Assembly: GCA_965637545.1 (NCBI GenBank) | Contig: OZ281496.1 | Location: forward strand, 25,172,001-25,236,000 | Source of the DNA: Phallusia mammillata | Lineage: Eukaryota | Length of the DNA: 64,000 nt | Direction of reading: 5' to 3' | Shown here: positions 51,101 through 63,258 of the stretch, one piece after another | Layout of the letters: each line of letters starts with the position of its first letter | How positions within the stretch are numbered: position 1 is the stretch's first letter | The notes under the pieces: model-generated | The model's input: only the letters and a program-made list of their open reading frames with translations | Databases searched by the model: none | What the model was told of the DNA's origin: nothing | Made by a program: the position numbers and the translations under genes

Positions 51101-54100
51101 AAATCCAGCAAGTCGATTGTTTTGCCTGTTTTTAAATGGCTTACGACTTAAGCAAACAAACGACCAGCTTTACCAAGTCTTGGAGTCGCTCTTAAAATGT
51201 TACGATTTCTTGTTTTTAGAGTAAATGCCACAGGCCTTTTCGGAAATTAAGGTCATTGACCTTGTTCCACCAACAAAGACACTCGCAAACCTAAATCCAA
51301 TGCAGATTAGGGCAACTAACTAAAACTACAGTAAACATAATGCATATAACACTCAATAACATTTCCACTCAAAGCACACAAGCCATTTACGTTCATTCTA
51401 CAAGGCGACTGTAGCAGTAGGCTGGGCCTTATTTTAGAAATTTCAAACTCAGAAAGGCATTGGAAACCGCACAACATACAAGGTGTCCACTTAAAACACA
51501 CAAGCATTTTTACGTTGATTTTATAATACGACTGTACAAGTTGATTCTATGAGACGACTGTACAAGGCCGGACCTTAATTTGGAAACTTCAAATGGAGAA
51601 AGGTATTGGAAACTGAGTTGGTTTTAATCAACAAATATGTAAGGACGGTGTACAGGTTGGCTTTCATCCGGTGTTTAACTTCTAAAACAAGCTTGTCGAA
51701 CAAGTTATAATGAACGATATGAGGGGCTTTCACCTTACGAACAGGCCTATTGACAGATGGCCTAGAAATACAAGCTGAGACTAATGTTTATTTCAGGATG
51801 TACGTATACCATTAAGCATCTGCTAATAGTCTATCATGCAAAGTATGTTGGTTTAAACCACAGTATAGCAAAGTAATAAAAAAGACCGTCGATAGCTATA
51901 GGTTAACTTAACTATTATTGAGCTATGCAGTGAAATGTTCACAACAAAAACATTGGTAATTTAAGTTTTTGTACACAACAACAGTCCACATCAAACATAT
52001 CATTTTTGAGTCCACATCAAATATATCATTTTTGAGTCCACATCAAATATCAACAACCATGTTTCCTAGCAATATAACCTTACTTGTTATAAAATACATT
52101 GTCGCCCAAGTAAATTGACACATTTTGTTGTAACCAACAAGCAACATTATTATACAGTGTCCTACAATCATCTTTCTTCCATAGCATTTCAAACCACACA
52201 GACAAACCCATGCGTTTGGAGGATTGAATAATACAGTGGCATGGCTATAGAGCACGTATCTACAAAACGTGGTAGAGTATAGGGGCTATATATAGACGGA
52301 TCGTCTTTCCTGTTACCAATGCTGACAATGATTTCGAATATCAATTTCGCTGAATACGCAATTCAGGTAGAAGGCCAACCCTAGTTCAGTTCCCAAGAAG
52401 CCAGTGATAAAGAGTGCAAAGAGGCCATTCTAGACACTACACGATTTTTGCTGGTATTTGACTACAATGGAAGTCTTAAAAACAATTCTTGTTATGACTT
52501 TTAAATAAGCTCATTTGTCAAATAAGTCTACATAAGTTGTGAGCAAGAAAAGAGGTTACCATGGCTGGACATTGGTTGGCAATGGTTATTGCTTTAGCGT
52601 TGAAAACGAAGGACATTATTTTGCATCTGAAGTGTAATAGTGTATAAATTGAACGATGAGCGCAGTTTTGCCTTGTTGCCTTTCGAGTTTCTAAACCGGC
52701 GTAAAACAAAACCAACTTGCAACACAGTTCACAACGTTATGGTGCACGACTATAGCTTGCTTCTGGCAAACTGCTTTCCTTAGGCTTGTGTTAAGCTATA
52801 TTCAAGTTGTATACTGGATTAATACAGGCCTTCTAACTTGATATGCCGACTTGTGAATGTGATGGCACGCATCAGGCTGAACACCACTCCTGCAACTGGC
52901 AACACAATTCGAAGGGCCAAGGCGCACTTCTATAGCCTGCTGGTGGCAAAATGCTTCTTTAGGCGTGTGTAACGTTCTATTTAAGTTGTATACTAGCTTA
53001 ATACATGCCTTCCAATTTCATAAGCTAACTTGTGAATGTGATGGCACGCATGAGGCTAAACACCACCGCTGCAAACTAGCCAAGGCTTCGCAGTTTTGTT
53101 GTTGTTCGAATGTGGAAGTGATCGAAGTCACGTGACAGGAAGCGGGTACGATGACGAAGACGGCGCTCGTTGCCAAGCGACAGTGATGTGTAAGAGGCCT
53201 TAAGCCGCAAGTTAGTACCTGCTTATATGCCACTAGTTGAGGTAAGATTCATGTAAACCAATGACAGTACCAAGGGTCATAATGTTTCTCATTAACGAAT
53301 GTGTAAGCCATCATTGTAAAGAGTCTAACCTGTTAAGATGCACATAAATTCAAGTCTAACCTGTAAGGTAAGTCAATAGGACATGCAGTTACATAAGAAG
53401 GTGACTCATTTTTCATAGGCTTAACGAAAAAAAACACAATAGCAATGAGGCTAAATTGCAGTTTAAACCCATGAATGTGGCGTTATTTCTAAACAAGACG
53501 GGTTGTGTCTTGTGTTCTGAATTGGTACGTAAGAATTGGCAAGTGTTTTCAACATCATAGCCTTGTAGCAAGCCTATCAAATTAATAAATCACAGCGCAA
53601 TAATTTCCAAATCACGTTTTTGGTTCCTGTTTCAACCTCTTTTTACGTCATGAGCGATCGAACTTGACGTCAGCGTTCGTCAATGACGATTATTGATTGA
53701 AAAACTTCGTATTTGCTGAATGTTGTGCGGTGGATACTCGACTTAAAGATGTCCAAAACTGGCATTACAGCCTGTAAGCCGACATTAGTTTGCCCAAATT
53801 TGAAACACAGGACAGTAAATCAAAATCACTGACGTAGAAATGACGCAAAAAGCAAATTTGAAGACAAAAATACAATCAAGAAAATGTATATTCAAACTTT
53901 GGCCATTCTGTGTGTCTTCAAGGCAACTTTCTCTACAGTATTCACATAAAACAGGAGCAGTTCTCTAATATACTGGGATTTGTTGTAGTAGATCATGGAA
54001 TTAAAAGAAGCCCTTGCACAAGCACAGCATAGCAGGCTTTTTGATACTAAAAGAGAGTCGAGACTGGAGAGGGTGGCTTAAGCTTTCTAATGCAAATAAA

Positions 54101-57100
54101 ACCTCTGGCACAGTGAGGTTTAAATCTATTAACAGCTCCCGCAATTTCCTGCCATGCTGCGGACGTGGTAAAATCATGGCTGCAAAAACGCCAAAATAGG
54201 CTCCATTTGCAAACACAAATGTCAAAATATGGTACAGTTTGCCTTAAACTCATGATTACGTGACCTAGAACTTGCAGTGTCATCCGAGAGAAATACCCAA
54301 TTTTGACTAAAACAGGCATCGTAGTTCGCACTCACAAAACATAAAAATGTTAAAGTTTGCCTAAACTCATGATTTTGTGACACCAACCTTGCACTATCGG
54401 TATCATCCGACGAAATGATAAATTTTAACTACAACTGATAATTTCATAACACGAGCTTCGTATAAAATCATTAATCATGAAAATGACAATTGTACCTAAA
54501 ACGCGCAAATTCGTCAAACAGGTTTTCTTTCAAACCAACGCCGAAAATCAACAACAAACAGCTTTAGTATCTGTCTTCGAGGACTTGTATAACACAAAGA
54601 TAAGGTAGAAGTCAAAGAGAGAACGATACTAGCTCGTAAAAAATCAACATGGCTCAAAATTGCCGATTCAAGTCTCAAAGGAAACCAGTATAGGGCGCAA
54701 TTGATAAGGAGGCAACCGCCGATCGACGAAGCGCGGTCACAGAAGGGAAAACGCCTTTTCCACAAATTCGCAAAAGGTGCACAGACCGATGACGTCATCT
54801 TGTTATTTACGCGGAATATCGGCGGTCAAATCCCGAGGGAGATACTGGCGCCGGTTTCTCACGGCTGGAAAAAAGGCGCAGCCGGCCTAAATACGACTAA
54901 AAAGCGAAACCGACGGCGATGGCTGGTGCAATAGCCTTTTGTGGGCTACAGGATGACGTCACATACATCTGAGCCACATATGGGTGAAAAAGGTTCATAG
55001 TGCAACATGCAGGACTGAGTCCCAAAATAACTTCAATACACTATGTGAGTCAACGGTAACTTTGATTTTTCTTTTCAAAACCGTTTGGTATTGATGTGGT
55101 GACTCAGTCTGTTTGACGTCCGATTTGATTTAAAGCAAGTTTGACTATGACTTTGTTTTAGGATGTGCTATTTTGTCAACTAATACCATGAAATAAATAT
55201 ACTCTGGCCTTTTGCAGTAGTAATCTGTGAGTTTTGCAGTAATCTAGCCTTTGCGTAGTGCCGCCCTTCTTAAACATATGGATAACTTTTACTTCCCAAG
55301 TTATAGATAACATGCACACAGCAAGAACGAAAACAATATGCTTGGCAGCAACAAGAACGTGTCTTACACGTTTTGGAGAACTTTACATCATAAATAAGGA
55401 GTAAGATGCTTCTGTCAAAGTAAACTTTAGTAGAATTTAAAGTGCATTTAAAACATACGTAATCTTTCTACGTTACAAAAACACCACTTTCAAAGGGTAG
55501 GTAAACAATAGAAACACGCCGACTGCTTACTCACAATGCAGGCAAACGTGTCAAAACCTGAAAATCGATGCGACAACCAGCGGACATCTGACATAGCTTA
55601 CACCTACCACTAGGTGGTGTTCAAGAACAACCACCACCACATATAAACCGCTTTCCAACCGTTAGCAATAAATTGCCGGTTTGAGACCACATATCTTGTA
55701 AATTAAGTGCACTGAAAGCAAGTGCCTGTACTAAACGGTGTTTACTTTCCCATTGAGAGTAATTACATTTTGCTACCTATTTACACATAACGAGTATTGA
55801 TTTTTGAAACATATACGACGTACGCACCTTCTGTGAAGGAACTCTCTGCACTGACGTCTGCGTTTTTGTCGATTCCGCTGCAATTGATTTGTACCTGAAG
55901 AACAATATGTTAAAATAAGTGGTGAATATGACTTCGTTTAGCAGACACATGCACATTTAAATTTTGACAATTTTAGGGGCTACCTAGCACAAATAACTAA
56001 GATTTTACAAAAACAAACAGAAAAGATGTAAAGTGCATTTGAAAAACGTACTGAACATTTATACTTTCATTTTTAACTTGTAGTCCAATGACAGGATCGC
56101 ATAGAAATGATCTTAATATCACAAAGGACACAAAAAAGGAGAAGTTCACCCACCGTTGTAACCTGTCTTTTACACTTTCTTGGCCGATCATTTCTTCATA
56201 AACTGGTTCGTACGACTTTACTGTCTCAACGCGGGGCGAATCTGTAAATGCATTTGGAAGTAAAGTTTGAGTGAAATATCAGAAGTTTTCATGCAAATTT
56301 TCAAGTGAGTGACCAGTAACCTCGTTGTTGAGCTAATTCGTATGATAAACCGTTGCCAAAAGGAAAACAGTTAGGTGTTGGACGTTAATAAATAAACATA
56401 ATGTGTTCCATAACGAAACACAAAAAAACAAAATTACGAAAATAATACCTGAAATGAAATTTACAATCAATGAAGAACGTTCAAACAACGTTCAAGGCTG
56501 TAAATTTCAAAAACACACCCATTCCTGCCATAAGTAATAAGACAGCGGACTCAACTGTGAAAATATGTTCACGGCATGAGCGACATTTGAGAGATGAAAC
56601 TCATCAATGTTTCATGAACGTGATGAAACGATAAACGAAAAAAACAATCTATAAGGTTCGTTAAAATAGTTGCTAAATGTAGTTCAACTGAGTTCCTAAT
56701 AAATGGGTTTATTAGGCTGAATTAGATTATTACTTTAATGCAAATCCACCATACACGGAGCTTAACTGCAAAATTGATTACTATAGTGTATCATCAGTTT
56801 AACAGGCTTTTAGTAACACGATTGGTAACTGATATATTTGATGGAAATTATACAGTATACTTAGCCGGATATTAGTGAATGTTGGAAACTGGAAACCTAA
56901 CGAGTCATTTGCGAGTCATTCAAAGCATAAGGCTCATGGCTTGTATATATCAGTTGTGAATATTTCAATCAATTTATTCATTTCATGCCAAAAGTTAACA
57001 AACGGGAAAAAATCCAACATAAAATTAGTTATATTAAAGATAGGTCTAGAAGAGAATGTCACGGGTATGGGGAAAAATAAATACACAACAAAATTGGATG

Positions 57101-60100
57101 TATTGAGGACAAGTCTAAATGAAAATGTATTAATAAATGTGTCGATTTCGTTAGAGGGGGCCCATAAAAACGACTTCACAAAAACCAGTACTTTCGGTAG
57201 GAAGTCGGAAAACAATGGTCTAGTGAAGCATATGAATAAACAATCAATAAGCATTGTTGCGAGTGAACTAATCTGGTTAGCGGCGAATAGGCGACACGGA
57301 ATAGCGGAAGTAATTGGTTGCGAACAATTTCCCAAGGGTCGAGGCCACAATATGCTTTAGCACAATTCCGAACAATCCAAATGTGAATTAATTGATTAAA
57401 ACGATACGCCCATGCAAACTGATGGGAGACGTATTGGAACTCCGCTCTTTCTTAATTATCATTTGGTTAAACGAGACTGGTGTAATGAAGTATATGAAAA
57501 AAATGCAAAATGCTGAAATCAAGTTTGAATTTATGTTTTCACAAATTAATCAACAGTAGTGTAGAAAATGCTGAGGTCATTTCTAATGGAAAGGGCCCAT
57601 CTTTGGACATATTCATTGAGTTTAAAAAAATTATTTGTACTCATAAATTTGCCTACAAAACAGCCTATAATACATACGACTTTTATGCAGCATTTGCTGG
57701 AGATGACTTTATGCAGCATTTGCTGCAATTTGCAAAAAAGGGTTTTACACACGAAGTGGCTAAACATTTACTTCCGAGGACTTAGTGTAAGTGACTATAT
57801 TCAAACACCTTCATAATCTATCAAGATTAAAATTTTACTTAAAAAAGTTAACGTACTTATATATTAATATAGCGGGACAAAATGGTAAGGTCATATTTTT
57901 AAAATCGTTGCAAAGTAATCTCAACTTTGAACTTTTAAAAACACGAAAATGGCTGAAAACTGAGTCCAGAAAACTAGTTGGAACCAACCATGCAAAATAA
58001 AAAGCTAGATCTATTTCTGGGCAAAACACTTATCCATTTATCTACAGCAGCAGGTTTTGAAAAAAGCGACCGCCGTTCAAACTTTTATACAAACTTGAGT
58101 AGTGTCAAACCGACATACTCATATTAACCTCTTATCACTGACCATAAGTCAGTATCAAACAGCGTTTTCAATACAAAATTTAGCCTTACCGTCCCCTGGA
58201 ACCAATAAAAGTTGTAGTTCCAGGTTTGTGCGCTGCGACAGATAAATCTTCATCTTGGTGGGCGCCATATTAATAACAGAGTTTACAGGTAACAAAGTAT
58301 TTAAAATCGTTACTATCAGTACGCTGCAAACATAATGCCTTCATCAGCAAAATAATGAAAATTAACCTGCTACCGACCAGTAACATTTCTAGCAATGCCA
58401 TCATGGTGAAATCAACACGCTGCTTTACTTCTGTAGTAGCTGCTCGGCGCTACTTAATAGTGACGCATTACGCACTTGGCTACAATAGATCAAGCTACTC
58501 ACAAGTCATCAAAATGAAGCCACAAACAACGGGCAATTTTTAGCACGCATTAAGAGTGTTGTTGAACCTTACCAATAGCTTTGTTATTTGGGCAGGGGGG
58601 TTTCAACTAGAAAGCTACAGCCTAAGATGTTTTTGCAACGTCGAGCACAACAAGGGAGAATTTTAACAGACTTCGCATGAGTACAAAAGTTTTCTACGAA
58701 CAACAACCCCATACATACAATACAATATACAATACGATTTCTGGCTTGGTCCTAGATAAAGTTCGATGTTTAAGGTACCGTTCTTCCAGCATAGAACAGT
58801 ATCGTTTAATATGTTGTAAAGCACTTATACGAATCCTGGTAAATTTATTCTGGGAATCTTTCCCTATTCTCTTGCCATTGTCGCAACGATTTCCACCTTT
58901 CATTTTATAAATCACAAGTTCGGGAAATGTTTATTTCCAGGCTGAAATCAGTGTTGACAGTGTTGTAAAAACAAATTAATTTCGCTAAAAAGCATCTTCA
59001 GTGTCTAGAATGCACTTATACGCTTTACATTGTATTTCATTTCACTGGATGCGTTATAGGGATATCAACTAAAACACGATTCAAAAAATTTCAGAACATA
59101 CCCAGATTCTAAACTCACTTAGGATACGTAACCTCTCAGTATCCGTTTAACCATACTGGTTTTATAGCGTATATAACGTCTACTCTATCATAATTATCCT
59201 GGAGCATTTAAGTTAAATTTCCAGAAAAATAAACACCAACCAATCATTATAAAATACCAAACAGCATAAACCTGAAACTGCTTTGAGGCAGAGCTATAAA
59301 TCACTATCTGTACATAATATACACCTACGCTTGCTTTACATTGTAACAGTTCAGCCAAATAACATATAACCAACCTTCCAATTCAGCCTCAACTGCAGTA
59401 GTATTCGTCTCTTCTACTTCCCTCTTGATTTCAGTTTCCTTCTTCACAGTCTTCACAACCACAGGCGCCTGTTGAGTAAAACAAAAGCCCGGGATTAACG
59501 ATCTGACCTGAGACTGCGATAGGTCGAAGATACAATAGCGGGAACAACAGTAATCAAAGCACGCCAAATTGTAACTATGTGTTCAATCAACAGTGCCTGA
59601 TCGGCGCTGAGTGATAGTTGATATGTTGCGATGATATAATAAGTCGCTCCCACGCGAAATTTAAAGGGCCAACTATGCCTGGTATTTGGACCAAAATATA
59701 GGGGTTTGTGATACTTTAAGTTAAGGAGAGATTTGGTAGACCACAATTGCACGTGTTTGTTAAAAGTACACAGTAAACCTCGGTTAATTTGTTTGGTTTG
59801 GATTAAGCCAGGGGTTCCCAAACTTTTTTGGTCTGTGGCCCAAATGTCTATTTAATTGCGATTCGTGGCCCACCACGTGCTGTAAATTTGAGCACAAACA
59901 AAAAAATAACTCAAAAACAGGCGAAATTTTCCAGCAATTTATTTTTAATGAGATACATGCTCCTGAAATTTGGCTACAAGATTCAGAATTCTTTGCAAAA
60001 ATTACGTTTTTCAAAACAAAGCGCATAACATCTACGGTATTACAAAACAGTAGAATCTATTTAAATGGCTCTGTGGCCCATTGAAAATGTCTTGGTGGCC

Positions 60101-62145
60101 CACTACTGGACCATGGCCCACAGTTTGGGAACCACTGGATTAAGCGAAGATCCGGATTAACCGATACCGTTTAGTTAAAGCCTAACCACATTACAAATCA
60201 TGTGCACCTGAAGTTTTGTCCGCAATAGGCGAATATCCAGATTAACCGGATTCGGTTTAAACGAGGTAAACTGTATTTGTTATTTTGGACCAACTGTTAA
60301 AATTTTAAAACAAATACGAGTTCAACCAACACGGAATTGGCTGCAAACATCATGCATTTAATGTAAAAATCGTTATGACGCGTACGGGCATTAGTGTGTG
60401 TAATAGTGGCTTGTGCTTTTCGATACGATTGTGCGTATCGACTCGGTTTTTAAATCATAAGAAAGTAAAAACATAGTAACAGTTTAACTACGATTATGAT
60501 AAACTTAAATCACAAATCGTTTGCAATGCCATAAAAAGTCACCTCGTTTGCCTAAGTTGCATATAGCCAACTTCCAAACTGCGTCATACATTTTAATACC
60601 ATTCTACACAAAATCGATTTGCCCAATGTAGATCGATGTATGTTATATAATATGGTTAAAAAGGTCAAAGCAGGGTATTACGGGCGTCTCTTGATTAATA
60701 ATGACGGATAAAGAGTGTTCAACTGATTGGATATTGTCCGTCAGTTTTATCGATCAATACATCAGCAAAAATGCGGTTCAAGGTTATATACCGTTGTAAT
60801 GCGTTGTACTAATAGCGATTCTTGTCGGCAGTTGGAATTGATTAAAATTTCTACTTTTCGTACTGAATAAAAAAAGGAGCTAATGTACACACGTTGCACG
60901 TATAGGTTGCCAAGCTTATGTGGAAAGTATTTACAAATGATAAATAAAGAAACATTTTCCTGAAAAACTATACCAAATGCAAACTGTTTACGTTGAAAAC
61001 TGTTTTACATTACAAGCGCAAAGTAGATCTGCTAATTTTCTTGAAGTACAAGCGTAAATATATAGGATTTGGGATGAATATGTTTCTAGTTACAAAGACA
61101 GCTTTGAAAAATATACAATTGTACGGCTGTTGTTAATGGTTTGGTGTCTACTTTTTTTCCAGTGATAAAAAGCGCCTATTTTTTTCATACCTTTGCCTTA
61201 GGTTTTGGTGCAGATTGCGGTTGTGCGTTTTCCGCGAGTTCAAATCTTTTCTTCAGCGCTCCAAGTTCCACTTCGTAATGTTCTTCTTCCACGTGATCTT
61301 CGGCGCGTACGATTTCGATTGGCTGCGCGTTTTCCACCGCTGGAGGCGCCACACTACAAAATGTTTTAGTTCTTAACATCGGCACATAACTAATTCAATC
61401 CAATAGTTACCCACAAGTTTTGCAGTGAAGACCATTTTCAGAAATGTATTTTAACGAACAAGTATATTGAAACGGTGAATACTACTATTACACTATTCAA
61501 CTGAATTTTGAAGGTCAGATAAGGTCACACTTCCAGTATTACTAAACGACCTATATACTCCGATTACGACGCCTTTTAATCCTCGCCATTCCGAGGGTAT
61601 TGGAGTATAACCTTTTACGCAAAAGCAATAGCTAACAGCAAATCATTTGGAGTATGACCTTTTACCCAAATTCGCAAAAGCAATAGCTAACAGCAAATCA
61701 AACAACCCTCAAAAACGGATTAAGTTAATTTATCAGACCAGTGTGGTCCAACTTTTTTACTTGCGGAATATTAAAATTCTGTTAACTTATACTTCGCGCG
61801 CCAGTGCCTAATAAATACAATTTCTAGACTCTAGAGATCAACACACCAAAATAAAACCTTAAAAAAGTACCGAATCCGAAGCCCAAGGCTATAATAATGA
61901 TGAGGCCCGGCTCCAACTCTACCCAGAAGTAAAATCTTTGACTCTGCAAGCCTATTTTTCTGCTTGTTTTATAATCAACTTACGCTGTCGTTTTCTTCCT
62001 TGGTGTCACTGGCGTCACCAAGTGTTCGTCCTTGCGACCTTCAAATTGCGACTTAAGACTTGACAAATCAACAGATACTGCTTCAGACTCTACTCTTGGT
62101 TCCGAGGAATGGACACTGTTTTGCTGAACCACCTCATCTTCGAAT
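33120..62145 (-). CDS. Large acidic, Pro/Ser-rich repeat protein, probably LIMA1(EPLIN)/XIRP2-like actin-binding family; 5' exons not found, probably beyond the window
   Basis: Phase-consistent exons 61984-62145, 61191-61353, 59375-59468, 56154-56241, 55828-55894, 41473-42112, 40752-40820, 39284-39459, 38761-38864, 37697-37810, 37003-37123, 35462-35566, 34983-35085, 34836-34867, then either 33623-34462 (stop) or 34027-34462 joined to 33120-33142. Recurrent motifs LSSLKSQFE, LGALKKRFE, LQTKALFE, VKSLFE, SRAAMFE, KDTKKMFE and SAKKLFE, plus SVKDRLQRYKS, recall EPLIN/XIRP2 LKxxFE and KDRMAKYQ segments. The family call is from remembered motifs; no LIM domain was found in the window. Gene structure confidence is higher than family confidence. 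Confidence 0.7.
35943..36543. mobile_element. hAT-type MITE
   Basis: Perfect 15-bp TIR CAGGGGTCGCCAACC; perfect TSD GTATATAC; GAGCC subterminal repeats. Confidence 0.93.
38112..38474. mobile_element. hAT-type MITE
   Basis: TIR CAGGGTTGCCAT...ATGGCAACCCTG; perfect TSD TATATAGA; five AAATAAGGAC subterminal repeats. Confidence 0.93.
51983..52052. repeat. 26-bp tandem repeat, about 2.7 copies
   Basis: AGTCCACATCAAA(C/T)ATATCATTTTTG repeated head to tail. Confidence 0.9.
52751..53081. repeat. Diverged tandem duplication, 180-bp period
   Basis: 52751-52900 aligns with 52931-53081 (shared AAGTTGTATACT and ACTTGTGAATGTGATGGCACGCAT). Confidence 0.85.
54224..54431. repeat. Diverged tandem duplication, about 120-bp period
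   Basis: AGTTTGCCT(T)AAACTCATGATT..GTGAC...CTTGCA...TCATCCGA occurs twice. Confidence 0.75.
58190..58268 (-). CDS. Candidate alternative first coding exon of the repeat-protein gene (MAPTKMKIYLSQRTNLELQLLLVPGD)
   Basis: ATG at 58268, open frame to a strong donor ACG|GTAAGG; it ends in phase 1, matching the phase-1 acceptor at 56241. Confidence 0.5.
59771..60273. mobile_element. Tc1/mariner-pogo-type MITE interrupted by a hAT MITE
   Basis: CAGTAAACCTCG...CGAGGTAAACTG|TA ends; internal GATTAA(C/G)C repeats resembling 31535-31610. Confidence 0.7.
59809..60137. mobile_element. hAT-type MITE (nested)
   Basis: TIR CAGGGGTTCCCAAAC...GTTTGGGAACCACTG; perfect TSD GATTAAGC; TGGCCCA repeats. Confidence 0.92.
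61600..61700. repeat. Short tandem duplication (about 50 bp)
   Basis: TTGGAGTAT.ACCTTTTAC...GCAAAAGCAATAGCTAACAGCAAATCA twice. Confidence 0.85.
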
Positions 62146-62723
62146 CTGAAATTGCAAAAATCTTTTTTATGTACAACAGTAGACATATGTTATGATGTAT
62201 TGTGGTATACCATTATAGTGTAAGTACATATGCAAGTTATTGTACGTATTTAGTCTTTATTATACTTTAAAATTATTTCGTGAGCACGCCTTTACAACAA
62301 AAAATGCTCTATTATGGAGGGTTTTAATGTTTGGACACAAGCTTTTAAATGCACAGATAGGTATGAAAAACTGGGATCGCCTTTAAATCATACTGTAGCA
62401 AGTCTGTTCTGTATATTAATATGTTTCTCATGCAGCGTATATCAATAAAAACAAACGGTTTTGAACAACTAATTAAGCGAGAGGATTTTATCCTAAGAAA
62501 TCCGCATAACCAAAAGAAGAGGTCGTTTTATTGTGTGTTTTTTTCTAGAAGCGCGGTTCAGATTAAAAGACGCTATACGTTCACTTTCATAAAACCGCAT
62601 TGTTTAAACTTTCAAGGATTGCTCTGTTGTTCTTCGGGGAAAGTCCGCCAATGCTGAGACTCGTGGGGAATTGTCATTAGTCATTACAAGACCAAATTGG
62701 AAAACCTAACTTTAGCTCTAAAG

Positions 62724-63258
62724 CAGGGGTGTCCAACCTTTTTGGCCAAAGGGCCACATGCGGTTTACGAATGATTGCGCGGGCCACTTGAGTGTTTACT
62801 GCTAATTTGTAATCTGTAAATGTATGTCCACATGTCCACGTAGAATATACTGTTAGCGTTTCTTGCTTTTTGTTTCTTATTTGGCATAATCTATATCAGT
62901 GCAGAGTGCGGAAGATATTTCACCGCTAAATGCGTTTTTGGCGAGTGTTTGATACCAGATGTACATCAATGAAGCAAGAAATATTACTGACTGACTCTTG
63001 AAGCAAGAGTAAGATTGTGACGTAACAATGCAGAAATTGTGATGCGTAAAAATGTGCATTGTGATGTAATAAAAGTAACTTGAACAGTTGTGTAATACTC
63101 TATTGACAAAGAAATAAAGCAAACAATAAATGCCAATCCTCGGAATGTAAGATCGCCATAAATTGAGAAAGCGTTAAAGTTCATAATATAAGTCATTTCG
63201 AAAAATATCGCGCGGGCCACTGAGAACCTTCCTGCGGGCCACGGGTTGGACACCCCTG
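62724..63258. mobile_element. hAT-type MITE
   Basis: Perfect 15-bp TIR CAGGGGTGTCCAACC; perfect TSD CTCTAAAG; GGGCCAC repeats. Confidence 0.93.

Noticed and set aside
51983-52052. Possible CRISPR-like repeat
   Set aside because: Head-to-tail units with no spacers, no cas genes, eukaryotic intron.
56875-57816. Overlapping ORFs of 161, 138 and 91 aa
   Set aside because: No recognisable domain or splice-phase fit; AT-rich sequence, probably a decayed non-autonomous DNA element whose ends I could not define.
1-62145. Non-canonical introns, recoding or an altered genetic code
   Set aside because: All exons reconstructed join by GT-AG in the standard code without frameshifts; some donors are weak but canonical.
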